Of a stretch of 47,199 bases of DNA, positions 37,139 to 47,199 are shown piece by piece. Both the position numbers and the translations under genes were made by a program. Each line of letters begins with the position of its first letter. Position 1 is the stretch's first letter. The notes under the pieces are model-generated. The model saw nothing but the letters and a program-made list of their open reading frames with translations, ran no database searches and was not told the DNA's origin. This DNA is from Nemertoderma westbladi (taxonomy: Eukaryota > Animalia > Xenacoelomorpha), in contig JAUCBJ010003477.1 in assembly GCA_032718475.1 (NCBI GenBank), positions 1-47,199 of the forward strand, read 5' to 3'.

Positions 37139-38349
37139 TGTTCGCGCTTTTAGACCTTTGGCAGTTTAACCCGCCAAATTAGGATGTCTTTTAGATAATA
37201 AATCACTTTTAACCTATGACAAGTATTTGATTCACTACACTAGTCGAAACCAATCTGTGCGCGATCATTCACCCGCTGGATATACCCGGGAGATTGGGTT
37301 CGACGGCTTAATTTTATTGCTATGTAAGCCTAATGTATTATTCGACTGACAGTATTATATAATCTCTGACAATATTATTCACCTTCGGGGAATATTAACA
37401 GTTCCTTTAGGACGTGGCGCTCTATCTATATAAACAGAGTTATGACTTAAACTACTCACAACGATATGGCTTAGTTACAATTCACATATATGGCGCATTC
37501 TTTAGGAAATGCTTCGTTATCAGTCTCACTCATACACAATGCTGCACAATACTGCACACTGATCTGCCGATCTTCACTGATTTTAGTCACATATAAAAGG
37601 AACACGGACCGAATCATGTAGGGTCTATCAAATAACATTAGATTCACTTCAAACCACTCAACATAGGTCGCAATCATTTATCTGTAACCTTTCTCTCTTA
37701 CCTTCGGTATATCAAGAATATTGGGTTTTCGGGGTTATTTGTCGTTATTCCAAATATAATAATTCATCAACCATATTATGAAGAACTGACAGTAAATAGC
37801 AGTATAACAATATCAAGGTATGCACAGTGTTACACAGTATGCAGTGTATGCAGTACTGCAGTATGCAGTATGCAGACATCAGTATGCAATATGCAGATAA
37901 CGGATATATGTCCTTATAATTAAGCCTACTAGTGTAGGACTAAAAACTGAAAACACGGAGGTGCCAAAAGCCGGTTCTTAGGCTCTGGGCAAAACATAAC
38001 ACTGAACTACTGAGTTTCTGTATACACCTCTAACACAGAGACAACAAACGCTCTGATTGGTCAACCTGAACAACGAGAGAACAAAGAAACAAAGAAACGT
38101 CGACGTGGCAATATCAGCTGCTAGCCGTCGTCATGGTAGCGACACTGTTTTCAAGAGTATCGAGCTTTTACGTGACGGAATTACGGATTATGTCCTCTAA
38201 AGTACAAATACAGAAGAAATAGCTTTTATGTCCGCTAAAACACCAGTACAGCAAGGACACGGCCTTTTTATGCCTGGTAAACCAACTACAGAGTATTTTA
38301 CGGGAAAAATAAGGAAAAATAACCGGACAATTCAGCAAAAGCTTTTACA
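37139..38349 (-). repeat. 5' LTR (1211 bp)
   Basis: By eye it differs from the other LTR only by one extra 7-bp GTATGCA unit and GTGACGG versus GTCATGG. Confidence 0.96.
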
Positions 38350-38378
38350 ATGTCTCAACGAAAATTTTAAGTTAATTA

Positions 38379-39915
38379 TAACAAACCTGCCTATTAATTA
38401 ATAAGGCAGGGTAGTTCATGTCAAGAGTTGAGCCGTTCAATACACGATGTGTTTGTAGTATGTATATTGTATAACCATCCAATATCTCAAAAACTCAAGC
38501 AGGTACGCAAAAATTTTAAAACCAAACTCTACATAAATTTTGGTTGCGCAGAAGACTATATTTTTTGTGGCGTTTCGACCAAGGGTTCACTGAAAAATAG
38601 CCATTTTGAAAATTTAAAGTCGAATTTCACTGATTTCAACTCGTCGAGTATGCACCAACTTTTTTATTTGGGGTATTCAGTCATCTGAGCAACATATTTG
38701 AGCCTCAGAATCTTTTCAAATATCGCCAATCTCGCATAGAACGTCGCCAAAATTTGTTAGTTCTGGCAAAAAAAACGCATAAATCCCTCTAAAAGAGTAA
38801 ATTATGGGTTGCAGAATATTATGATTCAACTCGAAAAGCCATCAAGCTGGCTATAAGGAGACTCTTAGACAAACGTAGTGTAGTTGGGTCCTTCACCCTC
38901 ACCATTCAGTATTATTAACCTATACAACATTTGAACGGCCCTGTGCTTAAAATTCATCAGCCTCCCACCTAACATAGCAGTGAGTAACCTTATACTGTAG
39001 ATATTCCCATAGGATTCACTGGGAAGAGCTATTCAGCTGGCGGGGTAATACATTATACAAACTTATAGTTGATGTATGATTACTGTCTGGGTTAGAGTGA
39101 GATACTGTAGTAATAAATTTGGCAAGTAATATACTTCTCTGCAGTTTGGGCCTATCCATTCAATCAATAGTAGTAGCTTACTACAGTAGAATAGAAAGCC
39201 AGCAAGCTGGCTTTAAACGAACTTGCCCCTCAAACCAGTACCCTGAGTGAGCGAAAATGAAAACACGAAAATTGCCATCAACTAAACAATAGAAACACCA
39301 GCTGCTGGTACTCATGTGGGCCCAGTAAGCTACTACAGTACTAATTTAATTATCCATTCCCCTGGACCCACATTGGGACATTTGGTTCCGAGTGTATCTA
39401 CTCAGAAAATCGTCCTCCAAGAGAGAGTATTTTTACATTAGCCTTATGGGACAGCGGCGCTCATCAAAGCTAGCCGACTACCGTTATGAAATGTCAATCA
39501 TTCAATGGGAAGTATTCTGATATGTGAGTGGTGGGTGGGCTGTGCGTCTAAAAGGGCGCTTTCTTGTTGGTTCTGGTAACTGCTAACTATGTATTACATA
39601 TACATTTCATTTAGTATCAATATTCAATAATTTAATACGAGTGATATCATTGATCGTTTTAAATGATTTTTGCCATGCTGACTTATTTCGATTAATATTA
39701 TTGGTCGTTTTAAATAATGTTTCAAAAATGCATTATTTTGCTTAATATTATACAGTAGGTTGATTTAAAACATGTCTGTTGAATTATTTTGCTTGATATT
39801 TAATTATTTCAACCGATAATTATAGGTAGTTTTAAATGAGACAGGGAATTATTTCGATGTATAATTATACAGTATGTCGTATTAAATCTGATCAGCTGAC
39901 AGTGAATATTTCGAC
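38379..39915 (+). repeat. Left arm of a large imperfect inverted repeat (blocks A 38379-39171, B ~39200-39328, C ~39612-39915)
   Basis: Reverse-complement matches to 43538-44260, 44258-44383 and 42953-43294 respectively. Confidence 0.88.
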
Positions 39916-40067
39916 GTATTATACAGTGGTACCGGTACGATAAGTGAAGCATGTATAGAAGCAGATAAGTTAATCATCAAGACTGCAAGAGATCAGCTGA
40001 TGTAATAGCTATGTACATTTAATACGACTTATATTAGGCAGTGATTTTTTATGTCCTTTTATTGTCC

Positions 40068-41506
40068 TATACCACCGGAACAATATGGATTTTCCCCTGG
40101 GAAATCGACTATTAACGCTCTGCGAAATCTTCTAAAGGATATCTCCACACGCTTAAACTCAACCAACAAAAACGAACGCGTGCTTTATGCTGCGTTCGCT
40201 GACTTTCGCAAAGCTTTTGATATGGTTTGTCGAATCAAACTCCTATCCAAAATCCACGCAGCTGGTATAAAAGGAAAGTTATATAACTTGATACGGGCAT
40301 TATTGGATAATAATATTCGCGTCTTCGATGGAGTAAAATTATCAAATATTATACACCAACTCCGGGGTGTGCTCCAGGGTGACTGCTTCAGCCCCACATG
40401 TTTCCTGATCCTCATCGCAGACCTCGCCTTCATTTTGCGTCAAGTAGCAGCAAATATTAAGTTCATTTTCTTTGCAGACGACCTTGTATTTTACTCTTCA
40501 ACACGGGAAGACATTCAATAGGGCTTAGATGTTCTTCATCAGTGGTGCATTGTTAATGGCATGGAAGTAAACCTCACCAAAACAAAAATCATAAAAGTTA
40601 GGAAAGGCGGCCGTCTAGCACTGAATGACAAATTCACTTATGCTGGTATTCACTTACACTGTATGTCATCGTGACAAATAAATACGAATATCTAGGTGTA
40701 ATCCTCCAGCCTTCTCTATGCTTCAGTGAACGAACATATCAAATAAAAAAAGAAGAAATCGTACAGTGTAATTGACTCAATAAATAATTTACCTCTCTTA
40801 TCTGTAGAAACCGGTTTACGGATTTCAACATGAAAATTGCCCCAATGATATTATATGCACTACCTGAGATTGCTCCTTTCCTTAAACTCCCGCAACTAAA
40901 TGATATAGACAAGATAAAAACAACATTTATTAAGAAAATGCTAAACTTGCACACCTCTGCCTCCTCCACGATGGCCCTCAAACTGATCGGCGAGAAGTCA
41001 TTGGTGGAAGTCATTTGCAAGATGCATCCAAATATTTTCGATACTAACTCTCTCGCTCTATACTCTAACTTCAGGGAGGAGCGGGAGGCTAACTTCATCG
41101 CGGCTGGTTACGCACTCGGTCCCGGGTTCTCATCTTCTGGCTGGAAATTGCCTGGCCAGCGAAACCGCCATCTCATAACGAGGTCAACCTCGCACGGTTT
41201 CCACCATAAACTGTGCAGGAACTCAGTCCCCTTCCACGACCTATCCGACGGCTGCGCATGCCGGTACTGCGACGGGTCTGCCAAAGACCGCTACCACGCT
41301 CTGGTTTGCCCCACGTGCCCATCGCTATCTCAACTATCGTTGTAAATACATCTCACTTCCACCACTCATAACTTTATTTTTAGCTATATTTAATTTTAGA
41401 ATTGTTTTATTTAAATCTATTGAAAATTATGTGCTGTGCTTTTATAAATTTACCTGGCTTACCCAATTTGCCCCGATTGGGGGCGTATCTTCAATATATA
41501 TATATT
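40068..41506 (+). mobile_element. 5'-truncated, decayed LINE (clade uncertain, CR1/L2/Crack-like)
   Basis: QYGFSPGKST, FADFRKAFD, GVLQGDCFSP, FFADD, in-frame TAG at 40519, frameshifts before YEYLG, C-terminal CRYC...H...CP knuckle, 3' hairpin GCCCCGATTGGGGGC and (TA)n tail. Confidence 0.85.
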
Positions 41507-41624
41507 TGACTTTTTTTTTGCCCTCCTTTTTTTACGAATTGTGCATAATGACTTTTGTTGTCCCTTTAATTACTTTTGTTGTCCTTTTAATGACTTTTTA
41601 TGTATGTATTTCTTCAAACTGTCA

Positions 41625-41805
41625 GACTGCTGATTTCTGGACTGTCAGACAGTTAATTTCAACATGCCTATGCCAAAACATTCAAAATTTGTTGATTTCT
41701 GGTCTGTCGGACAGTTGGTTTCACTATGCCTGTGCCAAAACATTCCATGATTCCATGATTTATAGACTATGGGATAGATTTCAATATGCGCCTGTGGTAA
41801 AAGAC
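41625..41805. repeat. ~63-bp degenerate tandem repeat, 2-3 copies
   Basis: TGATTTCTGG.CTGTC.GACAGTT..TTTCA..ATGCCT.TGCCAAAACATTC is repeated. Confidence 0.75.
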
Positions 41806-41884
41806 TCTAAATTTAATAGTTTGTGGTTGTTGTCGATAATCGATTACCACATGACGTAGCAAAACACTCATTTTATAGGCAAAA

Positions 41885-42535
41885 ACAATTACCAATTGAT
41901 AGAAAGGAGCAGGTTAAGGCCGGATTTTCTAACCAAAACAATAAACAGTCACTTTACCAAATGAAGGAAAGGAGCAGGTTACAGAGGCGGGCCTTTCTAA
42001 CCAAAACAATAAACGATCATTTAACTAATTGAGGGAAAGGAGCGGGTTACAGAGGCGGGATTTTCTAACCAAAACAATAAACAGTCACTTTACCAAATCC
42101 GGGAAAGGAGCAGGTTACAGAGACGGGATTTTCTAACCGAAACAATAAACGATAACATTACCAATTGAGAGAAAGGAGCAGGTTACAGAGGCGGGATTTT
42201 CTAACCAAAACAATAAACAGTCACTTTACCAAACAGGGAAAGGAGCAGGTTACAGAGACGGGATTTTCTAACCAAAACAATATACGATAACATTACCAAT
42301 TGAGAGAAAGGAGCAGGTTACAGAGGCGGGATTTCCTAACCAAAACAATAAACGATCACTTAACTAATTGAGGGAAAGGGGCAGGTTACAGAGGCGGGAT
42401 TTTCTAACCAAAACAATAAACAGTCACTTTACAAAATGAAGGAAAGGAGCAGGTTACAGAGGCGGGCCTTTCTAATCAAAACCAAATCAGGGAAAGTAGC
42501 AGGTTACAGAGGCGGGATTTTCTAACCAAAACAAC
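41885..42535. repeat. ~60-bp minisatellite, about 11 units, alternating two monomer types
   Basis: GAAAGGAGCAGGTTACAGAGGCGGGATTTTCTAACCAAAACAATAAAC followed alternately by AGTCACTTTACCAAA or GAT(C/A)A..TTA.C.AATTG. Confidence 0.93.
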
Positions 42536-42699
42536 CGGTCAGCCGGTAGGCCTACGCCTACCAGTACCGTATTTAAATGGTAGGCTACACAGTAGGCCTA
42601 CAGCAGTACCGGTGCCGGTACCGGTACTAAAATACCTAAAATACCTGCTTTATACCTACATCTGTACATGCAATACTGCAAAATAGTGCTCTATATACT

Positions 42700-42886
42700 A
42701 ATACCGGTACTGATAGCCTGAGAGAACAGCAGTAGAGAAACCGGTAGCATGGAACCTAACGGTAAATTTCTGGAGGACATAAAAAGTAAAAAAAAACGAA
42801 TACCGGTACTGATAGCCTGAGAGAACAGCAGTAGAGAAACCGGTAGCATGGAACCTATCGGTAGATTTCTGGAGGACATAAAAAGT
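42700..42886. repeat. 99-bp-period tandem duplication
   Basis: ATACCGGTACTGATAGCCTGAGAGAACAGC at 42701 and 42800. Confidence 0.92.
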
Positions 42887-42952
42887 CAATAAAAAGGACA
42901 AAAAAATGATTTAAACGGACAATAAAAATTATTGCGCTTATATTATAGGTGG

Positions 42953-44383
42953 AAATAATTCACTGTCAGCTGTTTACATTTAATACAACATATAATTATA
43001 GGTCTAAATAATTCACTGTCTCATCCTTTAAAACTACCTATAATTATCGGTTGAAATAATTAAATATCAAGCAAAATATTTCAACAGACATGTTTTAAAT
43101 CAACCTATAATATTAAGCAAAATAATGCAGTTTTGAAACATTATTTAAACGACCAATAATATCAAGCGAAATAATAAGTTGAAAACAATTATTTAAAACG
43201 ACCAATAATATCAATCGAAATAATTGAGCATGGCAAAAATCATTTAAAACGATCAATAATATCACTCGAATTAAATTGTTGAATATTGATACTACATGTA
43301 TGCCATAAACTGTTATGTGCACTGGCTGGTACTCTAGTCTTCCTTCCACCTGTGCCTTTATAATGTATAATGTTTTACATGGTTTCCTAATAAACCATAA
43401 TTCATGTAAATGGCGCGGTTATAAACAAAAAATGTATTAGTTAACATAAGTTATTAGTAAACAAGAAGTGTATTTACTTTCATTTAATATCCTGAACTCG
43501 ATTAAAATTACATTATTAGTTCACACTTTAAAACTAAACTATTGATTGAATGGATAGGCCCCAAACTGCACAGAAGTATTACTTTCTAAATGTATTACTG
43601 TCTCACTCTATCACAGACAGAAATCAAACATCAACTGTTAGTTTGTAGTTTGTATTACCCCGACAGCTGAATAGCTATTGCTATGTTAGGTGGGAGGCCA
43701 GCTGATTGAATTGTAAGCACTAGGCCGTTCCAATGTTTTATAGGTTGATGATAATGAATGAGGAGGGACCCAACTAACTACACTACGTTTGTCTATGGAC
43801 GGTCTCCTTATAGCCAGCTTGCTGGCTTTTCTAATTGAATCATATTATTCTGCAACCAATAATTTACTCTTTTAGACGAATTTGTACGTTTTTTTGCAGG
43901 ACTAACAAATTTTGGCGACGTTCTGTGCAAGATTGGCGATATTCCAAAAGATTCTGAGGCTCAAATATGTTGCTCTAATGACTGAATAGCCCAAATAAAA
44001 AAGTTGTACGAGTTGAAATCAATGAAATTCGACTTTAAATTTTCAAAACCGCTATTTTTCAGTGACCCCGTAATCGAAACGCCACAAAAAATATACAGTC
44101 TTGTGCGCAACCAAAATTTATGTAGAGTTTGTTATTAATTTTTTTGCGTACCTGCTTGAGCTTATGAGATATTATTATGAGATACACAACCACATCGTGT
44201 TTTTGAACGGCTCAACTCTTGACAAGAACTACCCTGGCCTATTAATAGGCAGGTTCGTTACTAGGACCTCATGGGCACCAGCAGGCTGCTGTTTCTATCA
44301 TTGAGTCTATTTCAATTTTCGTGTTTTCATTTTCGCTCACTCAGGGTACTGGTTTGAGGGGAAGGTTTGTTTAAAGCCAGCTT
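42953..44383 (-). repeat. Right arm of the large imperfect inverted repeat
   Basis: For example TGCGCAACCAAAATTTATGTAGAGTTTG (44104) is the reverse complement of CAAACTCTACATAAATTTTGGTTGCGCA (38523). Confidence 0.88.
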
Positions 44384-45508
44384 TAACACTGACTGACTGA
44401 TGATCAGTTCTGCAGTTGACAGGCTGATGCTGAATTGATTCATCCAAGGCGCCATTTGGTCAACACCCAACAACCAACTAGCAGACAGTATTTGGTATTA
44501 AATTTCTTTTAAGGGCGAAAATGGGGCGAAATTATCGGATTTTATTAATTAAAAAATGTAAGGTGTGCCTTCTAATAATACCGATCTCACTGGAAAGCGA
44601 GATTTTTAAGATTGTTTTATAATTTCGATACTGTCGTTGATAATTTCGCCTTTGTCGATATTTTCGGGTTTTATAACTATCCGATGTACTACAGTATCAT
44701 CACCGAAAGGGGAGTCAAGGTTCAAGGATGTTTTTGGTGCGTCATCGTATTTACACCATTTAAGTAAACATTTAACCTTACGGCGTTAAGTCGCACAGTT
44801 TCGTTGTTCATCACAGGCGCGGATCCACAATAGGGGCGCGTGGCTCCGCGCACCATAGATTTTTTGAGAAAGAAAATAAAAAGAGTAAAATTTATAAAAA
44901 AAATTGTAAAAATTAATTTTTTTAGATTTACCATTAATTTATGGTTACAATAAAACATACAAGGGCCGCCATCACTCGCTCGCTAACCCCAAGCGGAATC
45001 AACATTCACAACTTCCATCTCCCTCCATACCATCATCCCCAATATAAAATCGCTGTAAACCTTTCCAAGGGCGCGCTCCATGTAGGCGGGAGGGGCTAAC
45101 AACCTATGTAATGGTAAAGCATGGGCCTATTTGTAAAGTATATTGCTGTTGTATTTGGTGGGTCGGGTCTATCAGTCTATGCAAGCCAAACCAATTATGT
45201 TTGTGAACTACTAGCTATGTACTACTGAGAGGACATTCTTTGAAGTTTACCGTGTCTTCTACAGACATATCTTCATTTCGTTACCTGTTCCGTCCCCCTT
45301 TGGGAATCTATCTCTACATTTCCTGGCTTGGCCTCCTGAGAATGCCTTATTCAGTTGCGGCAGTGCGGGGCGAAACCTACCGATCAGCTGGCTGCCGTCA
45401 GCTGATCACTAATTGCATGCAAAGTCTAGGTCTGTAGGTCTAGTTATAATTCATATGCGTACCTCTGGTATTTTCGTATTGCAAAAATAAGACTATGTTA
45501 TTGATATA

Positions 45509-45630
45509 TTGTTTATTGTTTTGGTTAGAAAAGCCCACCACTGTAACCTGCTCCTTTCCGTGAATTAAGTAATGGAGATTAGTTTATTGTTTTGGTTAGA
45601 AAACACCACCACTGTAACCTGCTTCTTTTG
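45509..45630 (-). repeat. Two inverted diverged copies of the ~60-bp repeat
   Basis: GTTTATTGTTTTGGTTAGAAAA...CTGTAACCTGCT occurs twice. Confidence 0.8.
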
Positions 45631-46204
45631 CCAGAGGTACGCATATGAACGATAACCGTAGGTCTTGTTGCTTTGTAGTTTTTTACATACTTTGGCACTG
45701 ACATACCTACCGGTAAGGTTTTTACTTAACGTGCTTGTGTGGTGATCAGCAGCAAGGACATACAAAATATGAAACACAACAATATCAAATTACAAAAAAC
45801 GTTATAAATAATATAACGCCATCTAGGGAAGTTTACAGGAAACAACAAAATTGCCCTAGAATAATCCTGACCGCTGATTGGAGGACAACAAAGAGGGATA
45901 GATAGGTAGGATAATACCGGTTAGTAAGGAAGATATCAAGATATGGTCAGTACAATACAGTACCTACAGTAGTAGTTTAGATTCGTGTTTCTTTTTGGAT
46001 GTCTGACATCTGACTGTCTGACGTATGTACAGATGTATTTCAGTATTTTGATTTATCTGTTTTGATTAGATGAACTAACAAACTAATCGTTTTAGCCAGC
46101 CTGCCAGTTAACGGCAGATTTTCTTCAGGGAAACCAGAAAAACTAAGTGGTAGATTGCCACGGAACCCGGGTTTGACCTTATCCTGTTATCCAGCTTTCA
46201 CATT

Positions 46205-46222
46205 TGGGGGCTCGTCCGGGAG
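46205..46222 (+). promoter_or_regulatory. Primer binding site for tRNA-Pro
   Basis: TGGGGGCTCGTCCGGGAG matches 17/18 of the canonical tRNA-Pro PBS TGGGGGCTCGTCCGGGAT. Confidence 0.92.
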
Positions 46223-46706
46223 GATTTTTTTTCTTCCTGGTTGCTGCTGCTGGTTATAGACTTGTTACTTGTACCGTCAGACCGTTGGGCGTAGATAATC
46301 GATTGTTGGTTATCGCTATCGGTAAACTGGCTGACTTTGGACTTGTACCGGTAGGTACCGGTAATATCAAGCATTCAGACAGTCAGCGAGTCAGGGTATG
46401 ACAGACGTTTTTGGATTCGAGAACGATAGCGATAGTACCGGTAGTAGATGCGGAGGGTCTGACCAAACGCAAATAGCCGTCGGTCCGAGAGAAGAATCAA
46501 GTTGGACGGACATAAACTTAAATAGTCCGGCGGTTGTCGTTCCTGGTTCCGGTTGCGACCGTCCTAGATATTCTGAAACGCAGTCTCACGGTAGGAATCG
46601 GTTTCCTGCAGTACCGGTACCAGGAGAAGGGGACCGTTACATACATCCTAATAGAGAGCAGCAAGGTACCGATACCTGTATACAGCTTGAACGCGACGCA
46701 CCGTTA

Positions 46707-47199
46707 ATGGCGGATATCAGGAAGGAACCGGAAATATTCGACGGGCGTGGAGATGTTGATTCCTGGGTTAGTGCATTACAGCGATTGGGACGTCTTCGAA
46801 GATGGAATTACGTGATGATGGGAAGGGTTGCTTCCGTTTATGTGTCAGGTACCGCGGCTCGCGTAATAGAAGAATTACCTACTGAACAACAAATCGATTT
46901 TGATAGCGTAGTAGCCGCTCTGCGAGCTAGATTTAGGCCTTTACCCCCCGATGTTATATGTAGTAAGCTGTTAGATTGTAGGCTTGGAATAAATGAAACT
47001 ATAGAGGAGTATGTAGATAAACTCCAGAAATGGGGACAGCAAGCCTGGGTAGATATGAATGGTGCGCAACGAGATCGGTTATTACTTACAGTTTTTTACA
47101 GAGGCATACCCTCTGATTTGGCTTTTAGGATTAGAAACAGCCATCCGCAAACGTTTGACGAGGCTGTACGTATGGCTCGTAATGAAGAAATTTATTTAG
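46707..47199 (+). CDS. Ty3/Gypsy Gag capsid protein, partial (runs off the window)
   Basis: Translated by hand: MADIRKEPEIFDGRGDVDSWV...ALRARF...NETIEEYVDKL...FYRGIPSDLAFRIRNSHPQTFDEAVRMA, open for 164 codons. Confidence 0.88.
   Translation, partial: MADIRKEPEIFDGRGDVDSWVSALQRLGRLRRWNYVMMGRVASVYVSGTAARVIEELPTEQQIDFDSVVAALRARFRPLPPDVICSKLLDCRLGINETIEEYVDKLQKWGQQAWVDMNGAQRDRLLLTVFYRGIPSDLAFRIRNSHPQTFDEAVRMARNEEIYL

Larger units (their letters stand above)
26956..38349 (-). mobile_element. BEL/Pao LTR retrotransposon, non-autonomous (no RT or integrase), 11.4 kb
   Basis: Direct LTRs TGT...ACA, TSD ATGTC at 26951-26955 and 38350-38354, purine run GGGAGCGG next to the 3' LTR, BEL-type Gag-protease ORF. 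Confidence 0.95.
45736..47199 (+). mobile_element. 5' end of a Ty3/Gypsy LTR retrotransposon (LTR ends at 46202; LTR start tentative), truncated by the window
   Basis: ...TTTCACA, TT, then a tRNA-Pro PBS, a 0.5-kb leader and a gag ORF. A TGTG start at ~45736 is a guess because the second LTR is outside the window. Confidence 0.8.

Noticed and set aside
27231-37677. Identical 60-aa and 68-aa ORFs occurring twice
   Set aside because: They are the same non-coding LTR sequence present in both LTRs.
40051-41345. Two separate genes of 156 and 171 aa
   Set aside because: They are fragments of one LINE ORF2 broken by a stop and frameshifts.
44232-44264. Firm Helitron 3' end (hairpin plus CTAG)
   Set aside because: CTAG is followed by G rather than T, is absent from the left-arm copy of block A, and no Rep/helicase is present. 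Kept only as a hint.

Overview
Repeat-rich animal (invertebrate-like) genomic DNA. 1-17.4 kb is a 34-35 bp satellite with multi-kb block duplications, interrupted by a 5'-truncated RTE-type LINE with an 11-bp TSD. 17.9-22.2 kb is a 27-bp minisatellite whose long ORFs are artefacts. Next come an intronless RIO1 kinase gene, two exons of a multiple-EGF-repeat (MEGF/Draper-like) gene and a tRNA-derived SINE head. 26956-38349 is a young BEL/Pao LTR element (near-identical 1.2-kb LTRs, ATGTC TSD). Its open 1142-aa ORF keeps Gag and protease but lacks RT, most of RNase H and integrase, and it carries an unrecognised 231-aa second ORF; this is the best candidate for an undescribed system. 38.4-44.4 kb is an inverted pair of composite repeats enclosing a dead LINE and small tandem arrays. 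The window ends in the 5' part of a Ty3/Gypsy element (tRNA-Pro PBS, gag). All alignments were made by eye and no searches were run.
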